This document shows, in pieces, positions 46,122 to 57,540 of a stretch of DNA of 64,000 nucleotides. Origin of the DNA: Gammaproteobacteria bacterium (GTDB lineage Bacteria > Pseudomonadota > Gammaproteobacteria > HK1); contig OZ244895.1 in assembly GCA_965221555.1 (NCBI GenBank), forward strand, positions 1,294,803 to 1,358,802. Direction: 5' to 3'. Below the pieces are notes generated by a model. That model made no database searches. It was not told the origin of the DNA and saw only the letters and a list, made by a program, of their open reading frames with translations. Every line of letters starts with the position of its first letter. The stretch's first letter is position 1. The position numbers were made by a program, and so were the translations under genes.

Positions 46122-49100
46122 GCGTCCTCCACCGAGAGGGCGGTGAGTTCGGCGATGCTCAAGTCCTGGAAGCGAACCGCCAGTGCTTCCGGGCGCAGGC
46201 GCTCCCCGTTGCAGCTCCGGCAGACGCGGTCCTCCGCCTCCCACCACTCGTTCCACCAGCGTTCCTCGCCGGTCTGCTCCGCGTCGAAGCCCTCGAGCTC
46301 GAGCCCGGTGCCGTAGCAGCTCCCGCACCAGCCATGCTTGGAGTTGAAGGAGAACAGGCGGGGGTCCGGGTCGGGGAAGCTCCGACCGCAGCTCGGACAG
46401 GCTCGGCGGGTGGAGAAGATGCGCTCGTCGCCGCCGCGCTCGGCATCGTGGTCCTCGCATGCCAGCTTGACGAGGCCTTTCCCGAAGTCCAGGGCGCGGG
46501 CGAGCAGCTCCCGCAGCTCCGGTTCCCGGGCGGGGTCGACCTCGGTCTCGCCGGCGGAGAGTTCGATGTCGTGTTCCCGGTACCGGTCGAGTCGCGGCCA
46601 CGCATCGGTCGGCAACCACTTTCCGTCCACCCGCAAGTGGGAGAAGCCCTTGCCCGCCGCCCACTTCGCGAGGTCGGTGTAGTAGCCCTTGCGGGCCACC
46701 ACCAGTGGCGCGAGCAGCGACACCCTGCGCCCCCGATAGTCCGCGAGGATGCGCGCGAGCACCGCCTCCGGCGTCTGGGCCTCGATCGCGAGGCCGCAGT
46801 CCGGGCAGTGCCAGACCCCGAGCTTCACGAAGAGAAGGCGCAGGAAGTGGTAGAGCTCGGTGAGGGTGGCGACGGTGCTCTTGCGTCCGCCCTGGCTGGT
46901 GCGCTGCTCGATCGCCACCGTGGGCGGCACGCCGAGGATGGCGTCCGCGTCGGGACGCGACGCGGGCTGCACGAACTGTCGCGCATAGGCGTTCAGCGAT
47001 TCGAGATAGCGGCGCTGACCCTCCGCGAACAGGAGATCGAACGCGACGGTGCTCTTGCCGCTTCCGCTGACGCCGGTGATGACGGTGAAGCGGTCGCGCG
47101 GGATGTCGAGGTCGATGTTCTTGAGATTGTGCTCGCGCGCCCCGTGCACCGATATTGCGTTGTTGCGTGCGCTGCTTCGGTATGGGGCGGGGTCCTCCTC
47201 GATCCGCACCGCGTCTACCGCGGCGTGCTCCGCCGCCGCGAGCGCGGCGCCGGTATGGCTGCGGGGGCAGCGCGCGAGGTCGGCGGGCGGGCCTGCGAAG
47301 ATCAGCTCGCCACCCGCCTCTCCCCCTTCCGGTCCGAGGTCGATGACCCAGTCCGCGGCCCGGATAACGTCGAGGTTGTGTTCGATGACCACCAGAGAGT
47401 GGCCTTCGCCGACGAGGCGGCGCAGCGCCCCGAGAAGGGTGGCGATGTCGTCGAAGTGAAGCCCGGTGGTCGGCTCGTCGAGAAGGAAGAGGGTGCCCCG
47501 GTCCCGGACCGCGCCCGATTTGCGGGCTTTGGCGAGGTGCCCGGCGAGCTTGAGGCGTTGTGCCTCGCCTCCGCTCAGGGAGGGCACCGGCTGGCCGAGC
47601 CGCATGTATTCGAGACCGACCGCAAGCAGAGGTCCGAGCGCACGTTCCACTTCCGGGTGCTCGCGGAAGAAGGCGATCGCCTGCGCCGCGGTCATCGCGA
47701 GCACGTCGGCGATGGAGCAGGCCCTGCCGCCTCCGCCCCGCCCCGCATCCGGCGGCAGCAGCGTGACTTCCAGTACCTCGGGGCGGTAGCGCCGGCCGTC
47801 GCAGTCCGGGCAGCGCAGGTACACATCGCTCAGGAACTGCATTTCGATGTGCTCGAAGCCGCTGCCCCCACAGGTGGGGCAGCGCCCCTGACCCGAGTTG
47901 AAGCTGAAGGTCCCCGCGGTGTAGCCGCGCTCGACCGCGAGGGGCTCGCGCGCGAACACCTTGCGGATGGCATCCAGCGCGCCGACGTAGCTGGCGGAGT
48001 TGGAACGCGCGGTCTTGCCGATCGGGGACTGGTCGATCATCACCACGTCCTCGAGGCGCTCGTGGCCGCGGATCTCGCGGTGCGCGCCCGCCGGGTCCGA
48101 CGCCTTGCCGCCGAGCTTGCGAAGCGCGCGGTAGCAGATGTCTTCCACCAGTGTCGACTTGCCGGAGCCGCTCACCCCGGTGACGCAGACGAGGCGCCGC
48201 AACGGGATGCGCACATCGACATTCTTCAGATTGCGTTCGCTCGCGCCGAGGACTTCAAGGCAGCCGGCGTCCTGGGCGTTGTCCGGGGCGCGGTGCTCCG
48301 AGACGCGCTTCTCGTCTCGCAGGTACCGTGCGGTCAGTGATGTGCCGTGCGCGAGCAGCGCGGCCGGCGCTCCGAAGAACACCACCTCGCCGCCGCGCTC
48401 CCCCGGCCCCGGTCCGATGTCGAGGACCCGGTCGGCGGCCAGCATGACCTGCGCATCGTGCTCGACCACGAGCAGGGTGTTGCCGGCATCGCGAAGCCGG
48501 TGCAGGACCTCGACCACGCGTCGCATGTCGCGCGCGTGCAGCCCGATGCTCGGTTCGTCGAGCACGAAGAGGGCGTTGACGAGCGAGGTGCCGAGCGCGG
48601 TGGTCAGGTTGATGCGTTGCACCTCGCCTCCGCTCAGGGTGCGCGACTGACGGTCGAGGGTGAGGTAGCCGAGCCCCACGCTCACGAGATAGCGAAGTCG
48701 GGCGCGAATCTCGTCGAGGAGGAGGTCGGTGGCCTCGTCCATCGGCGCGGGAAGATGGACCGTTTCGAAGAGACGGGCGCAGGCTTCGATGGGAAGCAGC
48801 GCCACATCGTGGATGGTGAGCCCGGGCAGCTCGCGGAAACGGGCCTCGTCGAGGGTGCTGCCCACGGGTCGAAATCGGGGCGTATCGCGAAGCGCGCGCT
48901 GCGCATCGGCGGCATCGCCCAGGCGCCAGGCGAGCGCCGCCGGCTTGAGGCGGGCGCCCGCGCACTCCGGGCAGGGGTTGTAGGCCCGGTACTTCGAGAG
49001 CAGCACCCGGATGTGCATCTTGTAGCTCTTGGTCTCGAGCCAGGCGAAGAAGAGGCGCACTCCGTACCAGACGCCCTTGCGCCATTTGCCCTCGCTCTCA

Positions 49101-50170
49101 CCTTCGATCACGAAGCGGCGGTGGCGCGCCGCGAGACGCCCCCAGGGGCGGTCCGTCGGCACTTCGCGCTCGCGCGCGTAGCGCATCAGGTCGCGCTGAC
49201 AGGAGCGGTAGCTCTTGCTCTGCCAGACCTTGATCGCGCCCTCCGCGAGGCTGAGGCGCGGGTCCGGAATGACGAGGTCGTAGTCGATATCCATGGTGCG
49301 GCCGAAACCGCGACAGGTCTCGCAGGCGCCGACCGGAGAGTTGAAGGAGAAGAGGTTGGGGACCGGGTCCTCGTAGCGCTCGCCGCACTCAGGGCAGGCG
49401 AGCGCGCTCGAATAGTCCCGGGCCTCGACCGCTTCGCCGTCTGAGTCGAGGAGATGCACGCGAAGTGTCCCCTGGCCTCGCCGCAGTGCCGCCTCGAGCG
49501 CCTCGGCGATGCGCCCGCGGTTCGCGGGAGTGAGGCGCACCCGATCCTGGACGACTTCGAGGCGGTCGCGTTCCCGTCGGTGGATGCGCGCGTAACCCTG
49601 GCGGGCGAGCAGATGTTCAATCTCCCGCGGGCTGAAGTTCTCCGGCACGCGCAGGGTGAAGGTGATGGCGATGCGCGGTGGCGACTCGCCGGCGCCGAAA
49701 CGCCGGAGCAGGTCTTCGATGATGCTGTCGGGGGAGTCCCGGCGGATCGCGTCGCCGCAGCCCTGGCAGTAGAGGAGCGAGGCGCGCGCGAAGAGCAGCT
49801 TGAGGTGATCGTTCAGCTCCGTCATGGTGCCCACGGTGGAGCGCGAAGTGCGCACCGGGTTGGTCTGATCGATCGCGATGGCAGGCGGGATCCCCTCGAT
49901 GGCGTCGCAGCTCGGCCGGTCCATGCGGTCCAGAAACTGGCGCGCATAGGGAGAGAAAGTCTCCACGTAGCGGCGCTGCCCCTCCGAGTACACGGTGTCG
50001 AAGGCGAGCGAGGACTTGCCCGAACCGCTCACGCCGGTAATCACCGTCAGCTCATTGAGCGGCAGACGCAGGTCCAGGTTCTTGAGGTTGTTCTGCCGGG
50101 CGCCCCGGATGTGGATGAACCCGGGCGAGGGTCCGGCGCGGCGCGGCGCCTGCGCTCCCGGATCGTTCAT
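46119..50170 (-). CDS. UvrA-like ABC ATPase, tandem-duplicated type: complete first UvrA-like unit plus the start of a second unit, up to a frameshift
   Basis: Starts MNDPGAQAP...IHIRGARQNNLKNLDL with Walker A TGVSGSGKSSLAFDT. Two ABC modules and Zn-finger CxxC pairs are present. A second unit then begins ISVHGAREHNLKNIDLDIP...TGVSGSGKSTVAFD. The frame degenerates into junk after ...ELTALSVEDA. Confidence 0.8.
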
Positions 50171-51414
50171 CGGGAACGGGAAGGATCCGAGGTGTCGCCC
50201 CGCTCCAGCACTTCGAGGCGCAGCAGGTCGAGCAGGCTGATGGTCGCGTACTGGCGTACGCGAACGCGGTCTCCGGGCAGGTGCACCTGCTCGTGGCGGG
50301 ACCCGTTCGGGGTGGCGATGGCGAGGTGAACGGTGCCGCGCGCCTCCTCCTCCCGCGACGCGGCAAACGCATTCGCGAGCCCGATGTCCGCCGCGAAGCG
50401 GGCGCGGGCAGCCTGCGCGAGCTCGTGCACCGCGGCCGGGCCCACCACGCCGCGCGCGCCCACGGCCTTCGCCGCCTCGTCGTTGGGGATGACGAGAACG
50501 CCCGCGAGCACCTCCTCGACCCCGCGCACCGCGCACAGCCGCGCGCTCATCAGGCCACCGGTCGCGCCCTCGGCAAGCGCCAGGCGCTGGCCCCGCCCCG
50601 CGAGCATCGCGACGACGGTGGACTCCATGTTGTCGTCGTCGACCGCGAACACGATCCGGCCGAGTCGTTCGCGCAGCCGCTCCTCCTCCTGCCCAAGCAG
50701 GCGCTCGGCCGCTTCCGTGTCTTCCGCCTTGGCGGTGATGCGTACCTTGATGCCCTCGACGCCGCTCGCGAGGAAGGCGAGCGTCGGGTTGCCGATGCGG
50801 TCGAGCTGCGCGATGCGATCGGCGAGCGTCTCCGCGAGTCCGGACTCGCTCTCGCCCCAGGTGCGCAGCACCCGGCTCCTGATCACCGCGCGCAGGCCTG
50901 CGCGGCGGCGCAGGTCGGCGCGAATGGTGCCGTCGAACATCTCGCGCAGCTCGTAGGGCACTCCCGGCACCGCGTAGATCACCCGCTCGCCCACCGGGCA
51001 GACAAGCCCGGGGGCGGTGCCCGGCATCTGGTCGATGATCGCGGCGCCCGCGGGAACGTCGGCCTGGCGCAGGTTGTTCTCCGGCATTCGGCGCCCTCGG
51101 GCGGCGAAGCGCGCCCGGATACGCTCTCCGATTCCGGGGTGGCGCTCAAGCTCCACCCCCATGACCTCCGCGATCGCCTCGCGGGTGATGTCGTCCTGGG
51201 TCGGGCCGAGTCCGCCGCAGACGATCACCGCCTCGCTGCGCGAGAGCGCCAGGCGCAGGCTCGCCACGATCCGTTCGTGGTTGTCGCCGACCTTGGTCTG
51301 GAAGTGCGAGTCGATGCCGGCGAGCGCGAGCTGCTCGCCGAGCCAGGAAGAGTTCGTATCGACGATCTGACCGAGCAGCAGCTCGGTGCCGATCGCCACC
51401 ACCTCACAGCGCAT
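50167..51414 (-). CDS. cinA: CinA-family competence/damage-inducible protein (MoCF-binding N-domain plus PncC-like NMN deamidase C-domain)
   Basis: N-terminal MRCEVVAIGTELLLGQIVDTNSSWL and GGLGPTQDD, with a C-terminal CinA domain. Its stop overlaps the uvrA-like start (ATGA). Confidence 0.9.
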   Translation of the reverse strand: MRCEVVAIGTELLLGQIVDTNSSWLGEQLALAGIDSHFQTKVGDNHERIVASLRLALSRSEAVIVCGGLGPTQDDITREAIAEVMGVELERHPGIGERIRARFAARGRRMPENNLRQADVPAGAAIIDQMPGTAPGLVCPVGERVIYAVPGVPYELREMFDGTIRADLRRRAGLRAVIRSRVLRTWGESESGLAETLADRIAQLDRIGNPTLAFLASGVEGIKVRITAKAEDTEAAERLLGQEEERLRERLGRIVFAVDDDNMESTVVAMLAGRGQRLALAEGATGGLMSARLCAVRGVEEVLAGVLVIPNDEAAKAVGARGVVGPAAVHELAQAARARFAADIGLANAFAASREEEARGTVHLAIATPNGSRHEQVHLPGDRVRVRQYATISLLDLLRLEVLERGDTSDPSRSR

Positions 51415-51689
51415 CGGAATCCTGCCGGGAAAGGGCGAGTGTCCCCGAGGCTTCGCACTCTTCGCAAGCGAGGCGGGGGGGCGGCGCGACGTCGTGAGCC
51501 GCTTCCTGGACCGAGAGGCCGGCTACCGACAAGTTCACGATGCGCACGGGGGGATTGCGCAGTGGCTCGCGGACGGGCGCCCCACCGTGGAGCCGGAACG
51601 GTAGGGGCGGGGTCCCGGAGACGAGGCTGCCCTTCGTTCCCCCACCTCCTGCGTCCGTGAATGCAGGGTGGGTCCAGAAGCGGAGGATT

Positions 51690-51905
51690 CCGCTTGCCGA
51701 CAAGGCACTTTGGCCGCTGACCGAGATATCTGCCCGACACTCGTCGCGAAGGCGCCTGGATGCCGTGGTGGTGGACCGCACGGAATCGACAGACGCGCAA
51801 TGCGTAGCCGAATACTACGCCGTACGGCCTCATGCGGGAGTACGACCCGCAACCGCGAGCAGGTTGGCGTCCACCCGCCGAGAAATCGTTGAGACATCGC
51901 AGCTG
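51690..51905 (-). repeat. MITE/REP-like element, copy E (degenerate, minus orientation)
   Basis: The reverse complement contains ATGTCTCAACGATTTCTCGGCGGGTGGACGCCAACCTGCTCGCGGTTGCGGG and ATTGCGCGTCTGTCGATTCCGTGCGG...CACGGCATCCAGGCGCC, matching copies A and C. Confidence 0.7.
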
Positions 51906-51912
51906 GGCGCGC

Positions 51913-52824
51913 TCAGTCCGGCGCGTGGTGCGCGTGCCAGTGGCGCGCGATGTCGACGCGCCGGCAGATCCAGACGTCCGGGCGCTCCTGCACGTAGTCG
52001 AGAAAGCGCGCCAGCGCCGCGCTCCGTCCGGGGCGTCCCACCAGCCGGCAGTGGAGTCCGACCGACATCATCTTTGGCTGCGTTGCTCCTTCCCGGTACA
52101 GGACATCGAAGGTGTCCTTGAGGTAGGTGAAGAACTGGTCTCCGCAGTTGAAGCCTTGGGTGCTGGCAAACCGCATGTCGTTGCTGTCGAGGGTGTAGGG
52201 GATGACGAGATGAGGCTCGCCCCGCTCACTTTGCAGCCAGTAGGGAAGGTCGTCGGCATAGGAGTCGGAGTCATACAGAAACCCGCCCGCCTCCATCACC
52301 AGGCGCCGGGTGTTGGGGCTCGTGCGTCCGGTGTACCAGCCGAGCGGCCGGGCGCCGGTGCAGCGGGAATGGATGTCGATGGCCTTGCGAATGTGTTCGC
52401 GTTCTTCCTCCTCGCTCATGTGCTGGTACTCGATCCAGCGGTATCCATGACTCGCGATCTCCCAGTGCGCTTCGTTCATCGCCGCCACCGCCTCGGGGTT
52501 GCGTTCGAGCGCCATCGCCACCCCGTACACGGTCACCGGCACCGCGCGCTCGCTGAACATGCGGTGCAGACGCCAGAATCCGGCCCGGCTTCCGTACTCG
52601 TAGACTGACTCCATGTTCATGTGCCGTGCGCCCGGTAACGGGACCGCGCCCATGATCTCGGAGAGAAAGGTCTCCGACGCCGCGTCCCCGTGGAGAATGC
52701 AGTTCTCTGCGCCCTCTTCGTAGTTGATCACGAACTGCAGCGCGAGCCGCGCCTCGCCCGGCCACCGCGGATGGGGTGGATTGCGGCCGTAGCCGCACAT
52801 GTCTCTGGGGTAGGTTTCGGTCAT
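51913..52824 (-). CDS. puuE: PuuE-type allantoinase (polysaccharide deacetylase fold)
   Basis: Near-canonical PuuE N-terminus MTETYPRDMCGYG...PPHPRWPGEARLALQFVINYEEGAENCILHGDAASE. Internal ATG start chosen. Confidence 0.8.
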   Translation of the reverse strand: MTETYPRDMCGYGRNPPHPRWPGEARLALQFVINYEEGAENCILHGDAASETFLSEIMGAVPLPGARHMNMESVYEYGSRAGFWRLHRMFSERAVPVTVYGVAMALERNPEAVAAMNEAHWEIASHGYRWIEYQHMSEEEEREHIRKAIDIHSRCTGARPLGWYTGRTSPNTRRLVMEAGGFLYDSDSYADDLPYWLQSERGEPHLVIPYTLDSNDMRFASTQGFNCGDQFFTYLKDTFDVLYREGATQPKMMSVGLHCRLVGRPGRSAALARFLDYVQERPDVWICRRVDIARHWHAHHAPD

Positions 52825-52958
52825 CGGCGGGAATCCCTGCTCGGTCCGGGTGCGGTGAGCATGGTATCCGGGGCGTGCCGGCGTCGCCGGCTCGACTGCG
52901 GGGAGGCAAACGGGCATGCTCGCGCTCCCTCCGGGCGCGAAAGTGAAGAACGAGGCGG

Positions 52959-54399
52959 TATGAAGGAGCTGCTGTCCGGTCCCCCGCGGGTCGTCAACGT
53001 CGGGCTCGAGCACTTCTCGGCCGACTTGCGCACCGCCGGGGTCGAGGTGGCCGACATCGACTGGTCGCCACCCTCCGCCGCGTCATCCGCCCTTGCCCTG
53101 GCCGAGCGTCTCGAAGCCGCTTCGCCTCTCGGAGATCGTATCGATGCCGCCAACCGCGAGGCGGTGGAGCGTCTGCTTCGTGGCGACCCGGTGCTCGTCG
53201 ACGTGCGCCCGGCCGCGGAGGTGGTGCCCGGGATGCGGGATCGCCTCGTGCTCCATGCCGGACCGCCTCTGGAGTGGTCGCGGATGTGCGGTCCGATGCG
53301 CGGCGCGGCGGCGGGAGCGGCGGTACTTGAGGGATGGGCGGATGACCTCGACGCCGCCACCGCGCTCGCGGCCGAAGGCGGGCTCGATTTCGAGCCCAAT
53401 CACGATCACGATGCGGTAGGACCGATGACCGGGATCACCACGCGGAGCATGCCGGTGATGGTGGTGGAGAACCGGGCCTTCGGCAACCGCGCCTTCTGCA
53501 CCCTCAACGAGGGGCTCGGCAAGGTGATGCGCTTCGGTGGCAACGATGCGCAGGTGCGCGAGCGGCTGCGCTGGCTCGAACGGGTGCTTGGACCCGCGCT
53601 GGGTGGCGCATTGCGCCGCATCGGAGGGGTGGCGCTCAAGGGCATCGTGGCTCGGGGACTCTCGGCCGGCGACGAGATGCATCAGCGCAACGTGGCCTGC
53701 ACCGGGCTGCTCCTGCGCGCGCTTGCTCCCGCCCTGGCCCGCGAAGTCGGGGACCGGGAGACGCTCGCCACCATCCTCGCCTTCATCGCCGGCAACGATC
53801 AGTTCTTCCTCAATGTCGCGATGGCGCTCGGCAAGGCGGTGGCGGATCCGGCTCGCGGCGTGCCGGGCTCGTCGGTGGTCACCGCGATGGCGCGCAACGG
53901 CGCCGATTTCGGCATCCGCCTGTCCGGCACCGGCGAGCGCTGGTTCAGCGCGCCAGTCGAGATGCCTCGCGGCCTCTACTTCCCGGGATTCTCCGAGTCC
54001 GACGCGAACCCCGACCTGGGCGACTCCACTATCGTGGAGACGGTGGGGCTCGGCGGCTTCGCGATGGCCGCCGCCCCCGCGGTGGCGGGCTTCGTGGGCG
54101 CGGGGAGCGCGGAGCACGCGGCGGGGTTCACCGCTCGCATGTACGAGATCACTTGCGCACGCAACCCGGAATGGACGATTCCGGCGCTGGACTTCGCGGG
54201 CGTGCCTTGCGGCATCGACGCGCGACGCGTGGTGGCGAGCGGTATCGCACCCACCATCAACACCGGCATCGCACACCGCGAAGCGGGCGTGGGGCAGGTC
54301 GGGGCGGGGGTGGTGCGCGCACCGATGGACTGCTTCGTCCAGGCGCTGGCCGGTCTCGCGGAGACGTTCCCGGAGCACGCCTCGGGGGACCGCGCATGA
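52959..54399 (+). CDS. ylbE: DUF1116 protein, YlbE/AllG-like (oxamate carbamoyltransferase component)
   Basis: From memory of E. coli YlbE it is collinear along its whole length (LHAGPP, AVGPM, LNEGLGKVMRFG, QRNVA, DQFFLNVAMA, GIRLSGTGERWF, ANPDLGDSTI, INTGIAHREAGVGQVGAG). Confidence 0.8.
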
Positions 54400-56093
54400 G
54401 CGGGAGCGTGGTCGCCAACCGGGTCCGGCGCGGCTTCTATCTCGACTCGGTCGCCCTCATGCGCCTCTCGGTGTCTCTCGCCGACCGAGAGGACGTGGAA
54501 AGCGCTTCTCTGATGATCGGGACCCCGGCAAATCTCGCAGTCCTGGAAGAGGCGGGCCTGCTCACGGCGCACGGGCGCGGGGCCGGTCCCGACGACCTCG
54601 TCCTCGCGGTGCGGGCGGCGGGGCGCAACGCGAGCGAAGCGGCTCTGGATGCGGCCGCCGAAGCGCTCGAGCGCGCCGCCGCGCCGGGTGGAAGGGCGGA
54701 GCGTCGCTATCCGGGATTTCGTTCCGCCTGCGAGGCGCTGCCGGGAGCGAACCTCGCCCTCATCTCGGTCCCCGGCCCCTACGCGGCGCGGGAAGCGCAC
54801 CGCGCGTTGCGCCACGGTCTGAACGCGCTGGTGTTCAGCGACCATGTTTCCCTGGAAGACGAGGTCGCGCTCAAGCGAGAGGCGGGCCGGAGGGGTCTCC
54901 TCGTGATGGGTCCCGACTGTGGCACCGCGATCGTCGGCGGAGTGCCGATTGCCTTTGCGAACCGGGTGCGGCGCGGGGATATCGCAGTGGTCGCGGCCTC
55001 GGGAACCGGTCTGCAGGAGTTCTCGGTGCTCGTCCACCGCGGCGGTGGAGGCATCTCCCACGGCATCGGCGTCGGGGGCAGAGACCTGAGCGACGAGATC
55101 GGCGCCGCGAGCACCCTGGTCGCCCTTGACCTGCTCGACTCGGATCCGGAGACGCGGCATGTCGCCATCATCTCGAAACCCCCCGGTCGCCGCGCGGAAG
55201 CGGCGCTTCTCGCCCGCCTCGCCGAGTACTCCAAACCGGTAACGCTGTGTCTCCCGGGCCGGGACGAAGTGGCCCTTCCCGCCCGGGTCCGCCTCGCTCC
55301 CACCCTGCGCGATGCGGCCCGCCTCGCACTCGGTCACGGCGCTTGCGGGGACGATGCGGGGCCGGGAGTCCTGCCGCCATCGCGGAAGCGGACTCGGAGG
55401 CCAGTCCTCGATCCGCGTTCTTCCCGTGAAGGCCGGGATCCCGACGAGACGACGGAGCATGCGGATCTTCCCGCCGGCCCCGCGCCGGATGCCGCTCCGA
55501 ACCCTTTTCCACCTGCCCGCCCGGGACGCATCGTGGGGCTCTACTCGGGAGGCACGCTCTGCGCCGAGGCCCAGGCCATCCTGCGCCGTGCGGGAGTCGA
55601 AGCGGCATCCAACGTGCCGATTCCCGGCGTCGCCCGGGCGGCCTGTGCAGCGCCGGGCAGCGAGGCGCTTCCCGCAAACAGCTCGGGTCACCTCCTCCTC
55701 GATCTGGGCGCCGACGAGTACACCACGGGACGGCCCCATCCCATGATCGAGCCCGCGATCCGTGGGCCGGCACTCGCCCGCTCCCTCGCCGATCCCGCTA
55801 CCGCCGTGGTGCTGCTCGATGTCGTGCTGGGCACCGGCTGCCATCTCGACCCGGCCGGGGCGATCGTGCGCGCGGTCGAGTCAGCGCCCGCGAATGCTCC
55901 CGTGCTCGTGGCGTCGGTGTGCGGGACCGAACTCGATCCCCAGGATGCCACGGCGCAGCGGCGCAGTCTGGAGCGCGCTGGAGTCCTGGTGTGCGCATCG
56001 AATGCGGACGCGGTCGAGGCCGCGCTGCGCATCGCCGGCTCGTCAGCTTCCTCGCCGCGGGCTTCGGCTACTACCCTGATCCGGAGCTCCTGA
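54397..56093 (+). CDS. fdrA: FdrA/AllF-like protein (succinyl-CoA synthetase alpha-like fold)
   Basis: Recalled FdrA motifs GTPAN, ANLALISV, GLLVMGPDCGT, AASGTGLQE, GVGGRDLS, ISKPP, GLYSGGTL and YTTGRPHPMIEP. The start overlaps the ylbE-like stop. Confidence 0.8.
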
Positions 56094-56190
56094 GCCTTCG
56101 GATAGCCGCGGATGTGGCCACAAGGACTCCAGAATGACGGGGATTCGATCGGCCATGACTTCCGGGCCGAGGTTGTTACGGGATAGGCAC

Positions 56191-57420
56191 ATGGGCAAAC
56201 CCACCGACGAATTGAATCCTCCTCCGCGCCTGCTCATGGGCCCGGGTCCGGTCGAGGCCGACCCCCGGGTGCTGCGGGCGATGTCGATGCCCTTGCTCGG
56301 CCAGTTCGACCCGGTGCTTACCGGTTACATGAACGACGTGATGGCCCTCTACCGGGAGGTGTTGCGCACCGGCAACCAATGGACTTTCCTCGTGGACGGC
56401 ACCGCACGAGCCGCCATCGAGGCGGCGATGGTTTCGCTCCTCGCCCCCGGCGACCGGGTACTCGTGCCGGTCTTCGGGCGCTTCGGCCACCTGCTCTGCG
56501 AGATCGCGCAACGCTGCGGGGCCGAGGTGAGGACGATCGAGGCGCAGTGGGGCCGGGTCTTCGAACCCGAGCAGGTCATCGCCGCGCTCCGCGGGCAACG
56601 CCCGGCTCTCGTTGCGCTCGTGCACGGCGACACCTCCACCACCATGGCCCAGCCCCTGGCCGAGATCGGGGCGGCCTGCCGCGAACAGGACACGCTGCTC
56701 TACGTGGACGCGACCGCGACCGTCGGCGGCATGGACGTGCGCGTGGACGAGTGGTGCGTCGACGTGCTGAGCACCGGCCTCCAGAAGTGCCTCTCGGGAC
56801 CTCCGGGCGCGGCGCCCATCACCTTCAACGAGCGGGCGGAGGCGCGGGTGCTCTCCCGCAAGCACATCGAGCAGGGGATCCGGCCCTCCGGTTTCAAGGC
56901 GGCGACCGGGCCCGTCATCCGCTCCAACTACTTCGATCTCGCGATGTTGATGGACTACTGGAGCGAGGCACGCCTCAATCACCACACCGAAGCGACCTCG
57001 ATGCTGTATGCGGCCCGCGAGTGCGCGCGCATTCTCCTCGCGGAAGGGCTGGACGCCGCGCACGCGCGGCACGCGCGGGCGAGCCGGGCCCTCGGTGCGG
57101 GCCTGCGCGCGATGGGGCTCGAGATCTTCGGCGACCCGGCCCACAAGATGCCCAACGTGACCGGCGTCGTGATCCCCGAAGGAGTGCGCGCGGACACGGT
57201 ACGCGCGATGATGCTCGACGACTTCGGCATCGAGATCGGCACCTCCTTCGGTCCCCTCGCCGGTCGCATCTGGCGCATCGGCACCATGGGTTACGTCTGC
57301 CGCAAGCGCAGCGTGCTGCTCGGCCTGATGGCGCTCGAGACGGCGCTGCGCGCCGAGGGCTTTCGTGCGCCGCCCGGGGAGGCGGTGGACGCGGCTCTCG
57401 CCGCCTGGGAGGACGCATAG
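56191..57420 (+). CDS. class V aminotransferase (serine/alanine/ureidoglycine--glyoxylate aminotransferase family)
   Basis: Aminotransferase class V motifs LLMGPGPV and the PLP-Lys region STGLQKCLSGPPG; 410 aa. Confidence 0.85.
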   Translation: MGKPTDELNPPPRLLMGPGPVEADPRVLRAMSMPLLGQFDPVLTGYMNDVMALYREVLRTGNQWTFLVDGTARAAIEAAMVSLLAPGDRVLVPVFGRFGHLLCEIAQRCGAEVRTIEAQWGRVFEPEQVIAALRGQRPALVALVHGDTSTTMAQPLAEIGAACREQDTLLYVDATATVGGMDVRVDEWCVDVLSTGLQKCLSGPPGAAPITFNERAEARVLSRKHIEQGIRPSGFKAATGPVIRSNYFDLAMLMDYWSEARLNHHTEATSMLYAARECARILLAEGLDAAHARHARASRALGAGLRAMGLEIFGDPAHKMPNVTGVVIPEGVRADTVRAMMLDDFGIEIGTSFGPLAGRIWRIGTMGYVCRKRSVLLGLMALETALRAEGFRAPPGEAVDAALAAWEDA

Positions 57421-57540
57421 GAGGCGCCCTTCGTAGCCCGCTCCGGCCCCCGTTCCGACCAGCCCGGAAATCCCGCTGATTCTCGACCGCTTCGGGCGCG
57501 CAGATGCGCACAGGAGCGAGGGCGGGCGCGAACCGATGCG

